DNA from: a virus
Taxonomy: Duplodnaviria; Caudoviricetes
Direction: 5' to 3' (one strand)
IMG/VR virus record: IMGVR_UViG_3300032277_000025
Span: 1 to 39,082 of that record
DNA length: 39,082 bases
Shown here: positions 8,794 through 16,887 of the stretch, piece by piece
Numbering within the stretch: the first letter of the stretch is position 1
How the letters are laid out: each line of letters opens with the position of its first letter
Program-made: the position numbers and the translations under genes
The notes under the pieces: model-generated
What the model was told of the DNA's origin: nothing
Database searches by the model: none
The model's input: only the letters and a program-made list of their open reading frames with translations

Positions 8794-9195
8794 TTATGAC
8801 CTGAGCATTTCCCCCAGCAGCCGGTTGAGGTGGGTCGGTTCAAACGGTTTACACAGCATTAGTGCACCAATGGCGTTGACTCTCGCTGTGTATGGATCGG
8901 CATGGGGATAGTGGTGGCCGCTGGCGCTGGGCGGTCTATAATGAGAGGCCATGAGAATTTTTATATTCGGGAAATTTTCGTGAAGATGCTCGGCGAACGC
9001 AATACCGACCATTGGCCCTGTGAGTATGTTGTCAATGATCGCTATTTTGTAGCTGTCTCCATACTGATCCAGCCGCTTCATCGCTTCCTCAGCGCTATCA
9101 ACCGTATTCGATTTTCCGCCCAGCATAGCTATTGCTGCTTGATGATAATTTTGATAAACCGGGTCATCCTCGACAATCAAAGCACATGGTGGCAT
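8794..9195 (-). CDS. Stand-alone CheY-like response-regulator receiver domain
   Basis: LIVEDD acidic pocket, IAIID phospho-acceptor, P-x-x-G, ILMAS, CKPF. Confidence 0.88.
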   Translation of the reverse strand: MPPCALIVEDDPVYQNYHQAAIAMLGGKSNTVDSAEEAMKRLDQYGDSYKIAIIDNILTGPMVGIAFAEHLHENFPNIKILMASHYRPPSASGHHYPHADPYTARVNAIGALMLCKPFEPTHLNRLLGEMLRS

Positions 9196-9520
9196 CAGAT
9201 TTTTCCTACACGATTTTCAGAAATATCCTACAAACAATTTCCTGAGTGTAGTTCAAGGTTTTTCAGCTTCAAGATGAAAATCAATTATTTAGCAATTTTC
9301 GGTATTTTTTCATGGCGGGGCGTGCTTTTCTCTCTTGGTGATTATTCGTGATAATTAATTACATTTATCAGATTTATCCTACATAAAAATCAGCTTATTC
9401 GTGCAATGCTAGCGTTGAGCTAGAGTCAGGGAAGAGTGAGTGCGCACCGGATGATAATTCTCTAATGGAACAAGGAGAGGCTTTCTTGTCTTCATTAAGT
9501 GGTAAGGGAGGGGTAATCAG

Positions 9521-9805
9521 ATGGTGTTTTCGGGGAAGGATGAAAAGAATAATAATGTCGTAGAGATCAGGTCAACTATTCACGATATCGTTAAAAAAGG
9601 CACAAAAAGGGCAAGCAAAAAACAAAGGGTTCGCTATTTTATGGCGTTTTTGGGCGGAAGCGTTATTGCGGTATCACTCTATCACAATGTTTCTATTGCC
9701 AAAGAAAACAAAATGCTACTTGCCGAAATTGAGGAAACAGCATTGCTTGAAAGCGAAGCCCTGAGTCGCATCTGTGGCCCGCAGGATGCGGGAGGGCGGG
9801 TCTAG
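9521..9805 (+). CDS. Single-TM membrane protein
   Basis: Strong GGAGG RBS; basic stretch then TM helix; converges on cI. Confidence 0.7.
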   Translation: MVFSGKDEKNNNVVEIRSTIHDIVKKGTKRASKKQRVRYFMAFLGGSVIAVSLYHNVSIAKENKMLLAEIEETALLESEALSRICGPQDAGGRV

Positions 9806-10323
9806 TTAACGATTTTAGTCTTTATATGATTAATTATGGAACGCTTTACATTCTGCTCAGAACCTATCTTGGCCAGGATTAATTCCTCAATAAAACTCAC
9901 CCTTTCGTCATGCGTCAGGGTGAGCATACCTTCCTCATCCAGAATATCCAGGGCGTCGTTGATCGCTTGCGCCTGTTGCGCGACGGAATCATTTGGCGGA
10001 TCACCGATGGTTTTCCTGCCCTTGGCGTACGCAATGACTTCTTGCTGGTTGTAGTCTGATAGAGAGACGAAGACAGTAAGCAGGTCTTTTGTGTTTCTAG
10101 AGCAGGGCATAATAAGCTGCCAGCCCGTAAGCCCGAAAACTTTGGCGATATTATCCGCCATTTCAACAGAGGCGCTATTTTCGCGGTTTAATATTTTGCC
10201 AATAGCGCGGTCCGAGAAGCTGCCGCCAGATCGTCTGGCTATTTCTCTATTACTCCATCCTGTTTTTTTTATTAGGGATTCCAAGTTTTCTATAAGAATT
10301 TCAGGTGTAGTTTTATTTTTCAT
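9802..10323 (-). CDS. cI: CI-like XRE HTH repressor without S24 peptidase domain
   Basis: WSNREIARRS...IGKILNRENSASVEMADNIAKVFG HTH; divergent from cro-like gene across operators. Confidence 0.85.
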   Translation of the reverse strand: MKNKTTPEILIENLESLIKKTGWSNREIARRSGGSFSDRAIGKILNRENSASVEMADNIAKVFGLTGWQLIMPCSRNTKDLLTVFVSLSDYNQQEVIAYAKGRKTIGDPPNDSVAQQAQAINDALDILDEEGMLTLTHDERVSFIEELILAKIGSEQNVKRSIINHIKTKIVN

Positions 10324-10348
10324 TTCAGTATTTTACAAAATTAAGTGC

Positions 10349-10409
10349 GTCTAATGCTTCGCAAATTGAAGAATTCTTCTTGACATTTATGCGAAGATAT
10401 CTTCATAAT
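10349..10409 (+). promoter_or_regulatory. pR promoter with operators (OR)
   Basis: TTGACA(10380-10385)-18-CATAAT(10404-10409); GAAGAATTCTTC 10368-10379, GAAGATATCTTC 10393-10404, degenerate site 10349-10360. Confidence 0.85.
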
Positions 10410-10416
10410 CATCCTT

Positions 10417-10626
10417 ATGAATAAGACACTTTTAGAAACTGCTATCAAACTTATGGATGACACGGATGTTCCAGTAACAACATTGTGTCGTGAAACAAAT
10501 GTCACAACACGCTGGTATTACATGCTGAGGAGCGGGGTTATTAAAGACCCAAGCGTTAATAAAATTCAGCGAATTTATGATTTTTTAAAAGATAAGAGCG
10601 CCGGGAGTGGCGATCAGTCCACATAA
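10417..10626 (+). CDS. cro: Cro-like HTH protein
   Basis: 69 aa HTH with DPSVNKIQRIYDFL; position divergent from cI. Confidence 0.8.
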   Translation: MNKTLLETAIKLMDDTDVPVTTLCRETNVTTRWYYMLRSGVIKDPSVNKIQRIYDFLKDKSAGSGDQST

Positions 10627-10682
10627 CTGTAAATGGGTTCTGTGTATTGACATGATGTATTTATCCTTTTTTAGATTTTTAT

Positions 10683-10715
10683 AGGCAGCCTTAGCGGTAA
10701 GCGGCTGCCTTTTTT
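10683..10715 (+). terminator. Intrinsic terminator (tR1-like)
   Basis: AGGCAGCC...GGCTGCCT stem followed by T-run. Confidence 0.8.
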
Positions 10716-10808
10716 ATTGTCTTAAATCAGGTTGGTACAGTCTGGTGACAAAACGGAGATTTTGGTTATGGATGGTTATATTTGGTGAGGTCTGGTGATG
10801 AGGTGGAA

Positions 10809-11087
10809 ATGAGCCAAACGAAACAACATCTGACGACTGCTCTGCTTAGGCTGGGCGCTTCCAAACTAGGCAAGGTCTGGGATTGCTCTCCCCAGGAGGT
10901 ATCCCGGCGCATTAATGGTGACCGGAATATCAGTTTGGATGATTTTGCAAACGCTCTGGATTTTCTGGGCATAAAACTTGTTGATGATGCTGATGTTGCG
11001 GTGATCCCTAAAGACGAGATTCGGGCGCTGAACTTATTGGCAAACCGGTATCTGGATAGCCGGTTAAATAACGGTGGGGAGGGGTAG
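10809..11087 (+). CDS. CII-like transcription regulator
   Basis: HTH-like, ALDFLGIKLV, EIRALNLLA; between cro and replication gene; GAGG RBS. Confidence 0.7.
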   Translation: MSQTKQHLTTALLRLGASKLGKVWDCSPQEVSRRINGDRNISLDDFANALDFLGIKLVDDADVAVIPKDEIRALNLLANRYLDSRLNNGGEG

Positions 11088-11089
11088 GG

Positions 11090-11896
11090 GTGGCTAAGTA
11101 TCGAAAAATTGATTCACGCATTTGGAATGATCAGAAATTCCGAGACCTTAGCGACCAAGGGAAGTTGGTTTTCTTTTTCTTGCTGACCCACCCATACATG
11201 ACGGCATTGGGTGCAATGCGATCCACTATACCGGGTCTTGCTGCTGAGCTTGGGTGGACTGAGAAAGCCTTTCGGGAAGCCTTTCTAGAGATATCAAATA
11301 AGGGCATGTCAAAACATGACTCGGAGTCGTGTTTTTTATGGATGCCCAACTTTCTTAAGTACAACAAGCCGGAGTCACCAAATGTAGTTAAGGCGTGGTT
11401 GTCGTCGCTAGACCTTCTTCCTGAATGCAATATGAAACAAGAGTTAATTCAGGAGGTTAAAGGCTTTACGGAAGGCTTACCGGAAAGCTTCAATAAAGCC
11501 TTACCGGAAGTCTTCGCTAAGAGTATGCCTTATCAGGAGCAGGAGCAGGAACAGGATAAAGAAAAGATACCTACGGTATCTAAAAGAAAAATATTCAAAA
11601 AGCCAACGCTCGAAGAAGTTTCCGCGTACTGCCAAGAGCGATCAAGTCACGTTGACCCTGAGCGATTTATCGACCACTACGAGTCAAACGGCTGGATGGT
11701 CGGAAAAACAAAAATGAAAAATTGGCAGGCCGCTGTACGAACCTGGGAGAAAAACAGCCATGAAGCACATCAGAAACCTAGCCGAAAACTCTCGGCAGCA
11801 GATAACGCGGCAGAAGCCAGCCAGCGACTCGAGGAACGATTTAGACGGGAGGATGCAACGGCGCTTCATGGCGAGATTGTGGCAGCGGATGGCTGA
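11090..11896 (+). CDS. Phage replication initiator (O-like)
   Basis: YRKIDSRIWND..F..LS N-terminus, QEQEQEQ linker, FKKPTLEEV...GWMVGKTKMKNWQAAVRTWE C-terminus, internal iterons. Confidence 0.85.
   Translation: MAKYRKIDSRIWNDQKFRDLSDQGKLVFFFLLTHPYMTALGAMRSTIPGLAAELGWTEKAFREAFLEISNKGMSKHDSESCFLWMPNFLKYNKPESPNVVKAWLSSLDLLPECNMKQELIQEVKGFTEGLPESFNKALPEVFAKSMPYQEQEQEQDKEKIPTVSKRKIFKKPTLEEVSAYCQERSSHVDPERFIDHYESNGWMVGKTKMKNWQAAVRTWEKNSHEAHQKPSRKLSAADNAAEASQRLEERFRREDATALHGEIVAADG
11459..11530 (+). repeat. Six degenerate 12-bp repeats, putative origin iterons
   Basis: AAAGGCTTTACG/GAAGGCTTACCG/GAAAGCTTCAAT/AAAGCCTTACCG/GAAGTCTTCGCT/AAGAGTATGCCT inside the O-like gene. Confidence 0.7.
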
Positions 11897-12371
11897 GGTC
11901 TATGGGCACAAGTGGGTGTCATCGTATGGGCAGGGTGTTTCTGACGATGGGGAATTGACTGACGTTGCACAGACGTGGGCCAAGGGGTTGTCTGGTGTCA
12001 CGCCTGAACAGTTTGCGCGAGGCCTTGAGCATTGCGTTAAATCCGGTGAGGCATGGCCACCCACGCTGCCGGAGTTTCGCCAATTCTGTTTTGGCACACA
12101 GATAAACGAATTTGGGCTGAATTACATTCCGGAATATTGCCGACCCCAACCTGAGCGCCGCCGCGAGCGATTATTATCAAGCGATGAGCGTGAGGCCAAA
12201 CGAAAAAATCTTTCTGAAAATATGAGTGTCTTGAAAAGAACAATCGAAAAACATCGGACGGCAGTGCTTACTACTGAAACTGAAAAAGTAAAACCTTTTG
12301 TTAGTGAACCAGAAAAGAGAAAAAACATTATAAATGAGCTGAAAAAAATGGGCGTACGATTGCCGAAATAA
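11853..12371 (+). CDS. Replication protein P-like helicase loader (start uncertain)
   Basis: YGHKWVS, WAKGL..EQFARGL, WPPTLPEFRQFC; follows O-like gene. Confidence 0.75.
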   Translation: MQRRFMARLWQRMAEVYGHKWVSSYGQGVSDDGELTDVAQTWAKGLSGVTPEQFARGLEHCVKSGEAWPPTLPEFRQFCFGTQINEFGLNYIPEYCRPQPERRRERLLSSDEREAKRKNLSENMSVLKRTIEKHRTAVLTTETEKVKPFVSEPEKRKNIINELKKMGVRLPK

Positions 12372-12400
12372 AGATTAACAATAAATCAAGGGGAGGGTGT

Positions 12401-12631
12401 ATGGAATTTTTTATAACCATGATTGTTTTATTTTCAGTTTTATTATTCCCGCTGGTTATCAAAAACCGATACAGGAAAAAAGTAAGAAATAAACTGTCAC
12501 TGATTAAATGTCCAGCATACAACGAAAAGATAGTTAATTTTTGTTATCATGATAAATATTCACCATACGAAGCGGCTCTTTTAATAAAGGCTTGGTGGAT
12601 TAATAAAGCGAATATGGGGAGGGCGTCATGA
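12401..12631 (+). CDS. Small membrane protein
   Basis: GGAGG RBS, N-terminal TM, AT-rich. Confidence 0.65.
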   Translation: MEFFITMIVLFSVLLFPLVIKNRYRKKVRNKLSLIKCPAYNEKIVNFCYHDKYSPYEAALLIKAWWINKANMGRAS

Positions 12632-12945
12632 GTCCAGAGGAACATATTGTTAATCAAGTGATAGGCGGAATCTCTGGCGATAAAAAAACTATTGCCTACG
12701 CGAAAGATAGGGTTATTGCAATCTATAGGAAGAATTATTACTCATGTTTGTTTTCGATGATTAGGAAAGAGAGATTTCTGTTTGCTTCTAATGTTGCTTT
12801 ATCCAATTGGGTTTCAGTCAAAGAGTTTTCTGAAGTAATTGAGCGAAGCGAATCCACAGCACGGCGAAGATTGCAGGAAAAGGTTTCGGCAGGGACGGTG
12901 GTAGTAAGTAAAGAAAAAAGACCCTTTCTTTACATTAGTCCGTAA
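12628..12945 (+). CDS. Putative winged-HTH DNA-binding protein
   Basis: SVKEFSEVIERSESTARRRLQE HTH-like followed by beta wing; ATGA overlap. Confidence 0.6.
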   Translation: MSPEEHIVNQVIGGISGDKKTIAYAKDRVIAIYRKNYYSCLFSMIRKERFLFASNVALSNWVSVKEFSEVIERSESTARRRLQEKVSAGTVVVSKEKRPFLYISP

Positions 12946-12947
12946 TC

Positions 12948-13151
12948 ATGGCTAAGAAGCGCCTAATAACGCAAATTTTTACGTTTGGTTATGGGCAGCA
13001 ACATAAAGGCAGGTATGTGGTGATCGAGGGAAAAACAAAAGAGGATTGCCGGGCTGAAATGATTCGTCGCTTCGGTATGAATTGGGCGTTCCAGTACAAC
13101 GATTATCGGATTGAAGCAATTAAGCGGGCAGGATTGAGAGAGTTGAAATGA
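12948..13151 (+). CDS. Small phage protein (FTFGYGQ...WAFQY type)
   Basis: Operonic ORF; motif familiar from phage hypotheticals. Confidence 0.75.
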   Translation: MAKKRLITQIFTFGYGQQHKGRYVVIEGKTKEDCRAEMIRRFGMNWAFQYNDYRIEAIKRAGLRELK

Positions 13152-13621
13152 AAGCAGAGTCATATTTTATCGTAAGCGAGCGAGTTAAAAATAATTTGAC
13201 TTGTCGGATAAAAGACATTCCCGCTGACGGTAATCTTAAGGTTGTTATTTCTAATGCTGGCAGCAAGTCTGCCAAGCAAAGGGGCTTGCAGTGGAGATGG
13301 CACACAGAGGTAGCCAGCGCCGGTATTGGCGGGAAACATGAAGATACAAAGAATGGCGTTCACTTAGTTAGCAAATGGCGGTGGGCTATTCCGATCCTTC
13401 TTCGTGATGATGAGTTTTTTAGCTCGCTATATTCCGCGTGGATTCACCTGTACGGAAAAGATGAAGAAAGGATGCGGTGGTTTGTCGATAACCATGTTCA
13501 CACTGAACGTTTTAATACCTCACAAATGGCTGAGTTCCTTACGGAGTTCCAGCGCCATTATGGGCCACTGGTTAATTTAACGGACCCAGGTGACAAAGGT
13601 CTGATGGAGTTTGTTAAATGA
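13148..13621 (+). CDS. ninB: NinB-like recombination protein
   Basis: KSAKQRGLQWRW..E, T..FNTSQMAEFL motifs; nin-region position. Confidence 0.6.
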   Translation: MKAESYFIVSERVKNNLTCRIKDIPADGNLKVVISNAGSKSAKQRGLQWRWHTEVASAGIGGKHEDTKNGVHLVSKWRWAIPILLRDDEFFSSLYSAWIHLYGKDEERMRWFVDNHVHTERFNTSQMAEFLTEFQRHYGPLVNLTDPGDKGLMEFVK

Positions 13622-13944
13622 AAGGCAGGACCGCTACAAAATCAGAAAAACAGTGGATGGATGCCATTTGTGAATTAGGTTGCATCGTGTGTCTGGATGC
13701 ATTTAAGACGTTCTCCCCAGGGACTGTTCACCACATTGATGGAAAAACAAAAAAAGACGCTCACTTGAGCGCAATATGTTTGTGCGCAAGACACCATCAG
13801 GTAGCGTCAGATAGCGGAGAATATGCAACAAGGCATGGGCCTGGGCGCAACGCCGGTAAATCAATGTTCGAGGCCGCATATGGCGCTGAGCGTGAATTGC
13901 TGGAAAAAACAAAGGCAATGCTGCCATTGCTGACTAGAGGTTAA
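13618..13944 (+). CDS. Ref-like HNH-type recombination-enhancement nuclease
   Basis: LGCIVC, VHH, LCARHHQ, FEAAYGAERELL. Confidence 0.8.
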   Translation: MKGRTATKSEKQWMDAICELGCIVCLDAFKTFSPGTVHHIDGKTKKDAHLSAICLCARHHQVASDSGEYATRHGPGRNAGKSMFEAAYGAERELLEKTKAMLPLLTRG

Positions 13945-13964
13945 ATAAACAGGAGAAAGCACAT

Positions 13965-14162
13965 ATGCTTGGTTGGAATTGCGAGCGGGATGATCAAATT
14001 AGACAAGCGCTGAAAAATGCTGACGAAAAAGATTCACTTGACATTGTTGCCGCTGTCACTGGGATATCCGGCGGAGAGGGTGAGCTGAGAAAAATAATGA
14101 ACAGCACGGGTGAGCTGAATATTATTGACCGTGGGATGCTTTGGCTGCATTTAAAAGCCTAA
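13965..14162 (+). CDS. Hypothetical protein
   Basis: AGGAG RBS, operonic. Confidence 0.65.
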   Translation: MLGWNCERDDQIRQALKNADEKDSLDIVAAVTGISGGEGELRKIMNSTGELNIIDRGMLWLHLKA

Positions 14163-14191
14163 CTTCAAAATAAATCAAGGAGCTAATTGTT

Positions 14192-14470
14192 ATGAGCTTT
14201 CAACGCTACGAATTAAAAGAATATGCTGACGCTGGATGCATGCAAATGGAGGTGCCTGTATTAGGGGCCGTACTTTGGAGACATGCAAATGGTGTTATGT
14301 GTGATGGATGTCCAAAGTGTCATGGTGGGAATTGCGACTCTCTGCGAAAAATGCAGCGACCTGTAAAAAAAGAGGCCATTGAGCCAGCGGGTGAAACAGT
14401 GCGAGCAGAAGCAACGCGACGTGGTATTGGCATAAAAGAGGTTCGCAGACAGAGGCGTACCGCCTCATAA
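14192..14470 (+). CDS. Hypothetical Cys-rich protein
   Basis: AGGAG RBS; CDGCPKCHGGNC. Confidence 0.65.
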   Translation: MSFQRYELKEYADAGCMQMEVPVLGAVLWRHANGVMCDGCPKCHGGNCDSLRKMQRPVKKEAIEPAGETVRAEATRRGIGIKEVRRQRRTAS

Positions 14471-14531
14471 CAACCGTTATGAGGCACATCTGCCTTGATA
14501 TTGGATATTAACGATGCAATCAGGCGATAAA

Positions 14532-14825
14532 ATGAGTCACAGAAGAGCAGCAAAAGTTGATAACAACCAGGCGGATATAGTCAAAGCTTTGCGAAAAATA
14601 CCGGGAGTAACCGTTTCCCTCGGTCATGATGATTTGCTGGTTGGGTATCGGTCGGTGACGTATTGGTTTGAGGTAAAAATGCCAGATCAGGTTAGCAAAA
14701 AAACAGGAACTGTTAGGCCGTCAGCAAAGCAGCCTAGCCAAAAACGGATAGAGTCGGAATGGCGAGGGCACTATCGGATAGTCTGGAGTGTTGGCCAAAT
14801 CCTGGAGGACATAGGGATTGGGTGA
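14532..14825 (+). CDS. VRR-NUC/PD-(D/E)XK nuclease, possible Holliday-junction resolvase
   Basis: RAAKVDNNQADIVKALR, DLLVGY, FEVK. Confidence 0.8.
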   Translation: MSHRRAAKVDNNQADIVKALRKIPGVTVSLGHDDLLVGYRSVTYWFEVKMPDQVSKKTGTVRPSAKQPSQKRIESEWRGHYRIVWSVGQILEDIGIG

Positions 14826-14827
14826 TG

Positions 14828-14855
14828 TTGTATTGTTCGTAAATTAGAATATAAT
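14828..14855 (+). promoter_or_regulatory. Putative late promoter
   Basis: TTGTAT-16-TATAAT in AT-rich gap before the late genes. Confidence 0.45.
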
Positions 14856-14889
14856 TAATTTCTTATACGTTTATGGGAGAGCGCTACCG

Positions 14890-15339
14890 ATGAGTGCAGG
14901 AATAGTTGGACGCGATATTTTGGAGGTGTGGGACTACCGTCTTTCGACGGCATATCCTGTCATCAATAATTCTGGTGATGAATGGGTGGTTGAGATACAC
15001 GACAAATCAGCGCCGGATTACGACCCAGATAATCCCGATGTCGTAGCCTCTCCATTGGATGTGTTTAAAACTGGCATCCCCGCCGTGGAGGGAGATAGTT
15101 TCGACGAGGAAAAAATAAAACCGTGTTTCGAGTGGTTAAAATCTGTTCGAGATAAATATTCTGCACCTGATATCGATGTCCTGAAGCCGCTCGCAAAAGA
15201 TGTGCGTGAAGCTCAGGCAAAGTTGCACACCGCCCTGAGTGGCCGAGGCCGCAAAGAAGCCAATATTATCAAAGCGGCGGTGGCAGAGGGTGTTGATGTT
15301 TCTGCCGCAGAAAGCATGGTGGACGGGGGTGCAAAATGA
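14890..15339 (+). CDS. Hypothetical protein, first gene of pre-terminase block
   Basis: GGAG RBS, ATGA coupling to next gene. Confidence 0.75.
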   Translation: MSAGIVGRDILEVWDYRLSTAYPVINNSGDEWVVEIHDKSAPDYDPDNPDVVASPLDVFKTGIPAVEGDSFDEEKIKPCFEWLKSVRDKYSAPDIDVLKPLAKDVREAQAKLHTALSGRGRKEANIIKAAVAEGVDVSAAESMVDGGAK

Positions 15340-15740
15340 CTATCCGCAGAACTGATGCAGTACGAAACGCGACAATGACCCCTCTGGGCACTCAGCGTGG
15401 AGCCAATGCGCAGATACAGGTCCGGTCTGGCGTTAATGCTGGTATTGGCGGGCAGGGAACATTGCTCGCGCAATTAACCGGTAATGCAGCAGGGTGGGGC
15501 GCGGCCGTTAATGGTGTGCTGACATCCTCTGCGATCACATCTGACCTATCAGCTGATGCAACGGGTGCCACTGGGCATTACCAGATCAATACCCAAGCCG
15601 CTGTTTTTTTGGAATCCGGCCTGCTTGATGTGGGTGGAACCGATGGGGCAACTATCGATAATCCATCAATTGTTGCCGGGCAAACCGTGCAAATGTCCGG
15701 TAACTGGGTAAATACAGAGGCGTATGACGATGGTGTTTAA
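15336..15740 (+). CDS. Putative virion fibre subunit (Gly/Ala/Thr-rich beta protein)
   Basis: AVRNA, LLAQLT, AITSDLSADATG, IVAGQTV pattern recalled from small phage fibre proteins. Confidence 0.55.
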   Translation: MTIRRTDAVRNATMTPLGTQRGANAQIQVRSGVNAGIGGQGTLLAQLTGNAAGWGAAVNGVLTSSAITSDLSADATGATGHYQINTQAAVFLESGLLDVGGTDGATIDNPSIVAGQTVQMSGNWVNTEAYDDGV

Positions 15741-16038
15741 TGGCCGCATATTTAGTTTCCTTCTTGTAGTTATGCTCTGCGTTACAGGTTCGTTTGCTGT
15801 GGCTGAGGTGCCTGCAGGTTATCGGTCCGGTGATAACGGGGCGCTATGGGAGTATGTGGCCGGCAGCAGTCAATATCACCGGAGCCAGAATATGGATGCT
15901 ACTCGGCCTGTGACAAAGAGGCGTAAGCCGGTTAAGTTATTTACGATTTATTATCACCCCCCACCTACTGATTATCGGGGCGATAAAAAACAATTATTGC
16001 CCCGCTCTCCGCCGACTCAAAAAGTTTTCTTTCCATGA
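15724..16038 (+). CDS. Hypothetical protein with signal-peptide-like N-terminus
   Basis: RIFSFLLVVMLCVTGSFAVA; overlaps both neighbours. Confidence 0.55.
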   Translation: MTMVFNGRIFSFLLVVMLCVTGSFAVAEVPAGYRSGDNGALWEYVAGSSQYHRSQNMDATRPVTKRRKPVKLFTIYYHPPPTDYRGDKKQLLPRSPPTQKVFFP

Positions 16039-16487
16039 GCAAGGTAGCTCTCCTGAAGGATGAGCTGGCTAAGCCGACTTATGCGGATACGTCACATATC
16101 GATGCTGCACTGGCCATTAATACACCAGGGTCTGGTGCTGATGTTTTGCATGGTATCGAAGCGGGTGATTTAGAGCGATATCTGGCCGCTGAGGGTATTT
16201 TTTTGGGTTTGCGTGACGAGGCTGATACTGGCGTATCCGGTGATGCAGTGCTTACCGGTGTGGCGCGTGAGCTGGTTGCCATTGTGGGTAGCGTCAACAT
16301 CAAGACGTTTAACATCCATCACCCGCGTGCCATGGCAGGTTTGGATAAATTGGTGGCAGCAACCGTAATAAGCCCTGACCAAAAAAACGCAATCATTGCA
16401 TTAGGCACAACCGCACAGACGATTGGCCAGCAGATAGGTGTGGGCACGGTAACGGCTGATAATGTAATGCGCGCGAGGACGTTGTAA
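16035..16487 (+). CDS. Hypothetical, probably structural protein
   Basis: Coupled ORF (ATGA/TAATG overlaps). Confidence 0.7.
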   Translation: MSKVALLKDELAKPTYADTSHIDAALAINTPGSGADVLHGIEAGDLERYLAAEGIFLGLRDEADTGVSGDAVLTGVARELVAIVGSVNIKTFNIHHPRAMAGLDKLVAATVISPDQKNAIIALGTTAQTIGQQIGVGTVTADNVMRARTL

Positions 16488-16882
16488 TGGCTAAATCAAA
16501 TCAGCTGGTCACATGGCCAGTAAATTCAGACGTTGGTCCTGGAGCGCGGAAAGAATCTGATGTTATGACTCAGGTCGCCACCGCCTTCGATGGTGCTGCT
16601 GATTTATCGGTAACAGCCGTATCAGGTGCTGAGACTGGTTATCAGGTCGATTTTTATGCCCAGACCAGGAACGTCATTACTGATGCATTTGAGACAGCAC
16701 CTCCGACATCGCGAATGATTTTTTTGGGCAGCATAACGGTAGATGTGGTCACGATGCCTTTGCGGCAAAACAAGCCCCGACCATTTCCCCATTTGGCAAC
16801 AGAATATAAAATAGTTGCAATCTCAAGCGCAGCAACCGACACCGCCACCATCGCGGCAAATGTCCGTACTGACTCACCGTAA
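16487..16882 (+). CDS. Hypothetical beta-sandwich, probably structural protein
   Basis: Coupled ORF, GAGG RBS, beta-rich. Confidence 0.7.
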   Translation: MAKSNQLVTWPVNSDVGPGARKESDVMTQVATAFDGAADLSVTAVSGAETGYQVDFYAQTRNVITDAFETAPPTSRMIFLGSITVDVVTMPLRQNKPRPFPHLATEYKIVAISSAATDTATIAANVRTDSP

Positions 16883-16887
16883 CCGCA

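Noticed and set aside
8902-9351. 149-aa plus-strand ORF
   Set aside because: Antisense to the receiver gene, no RBS or motif
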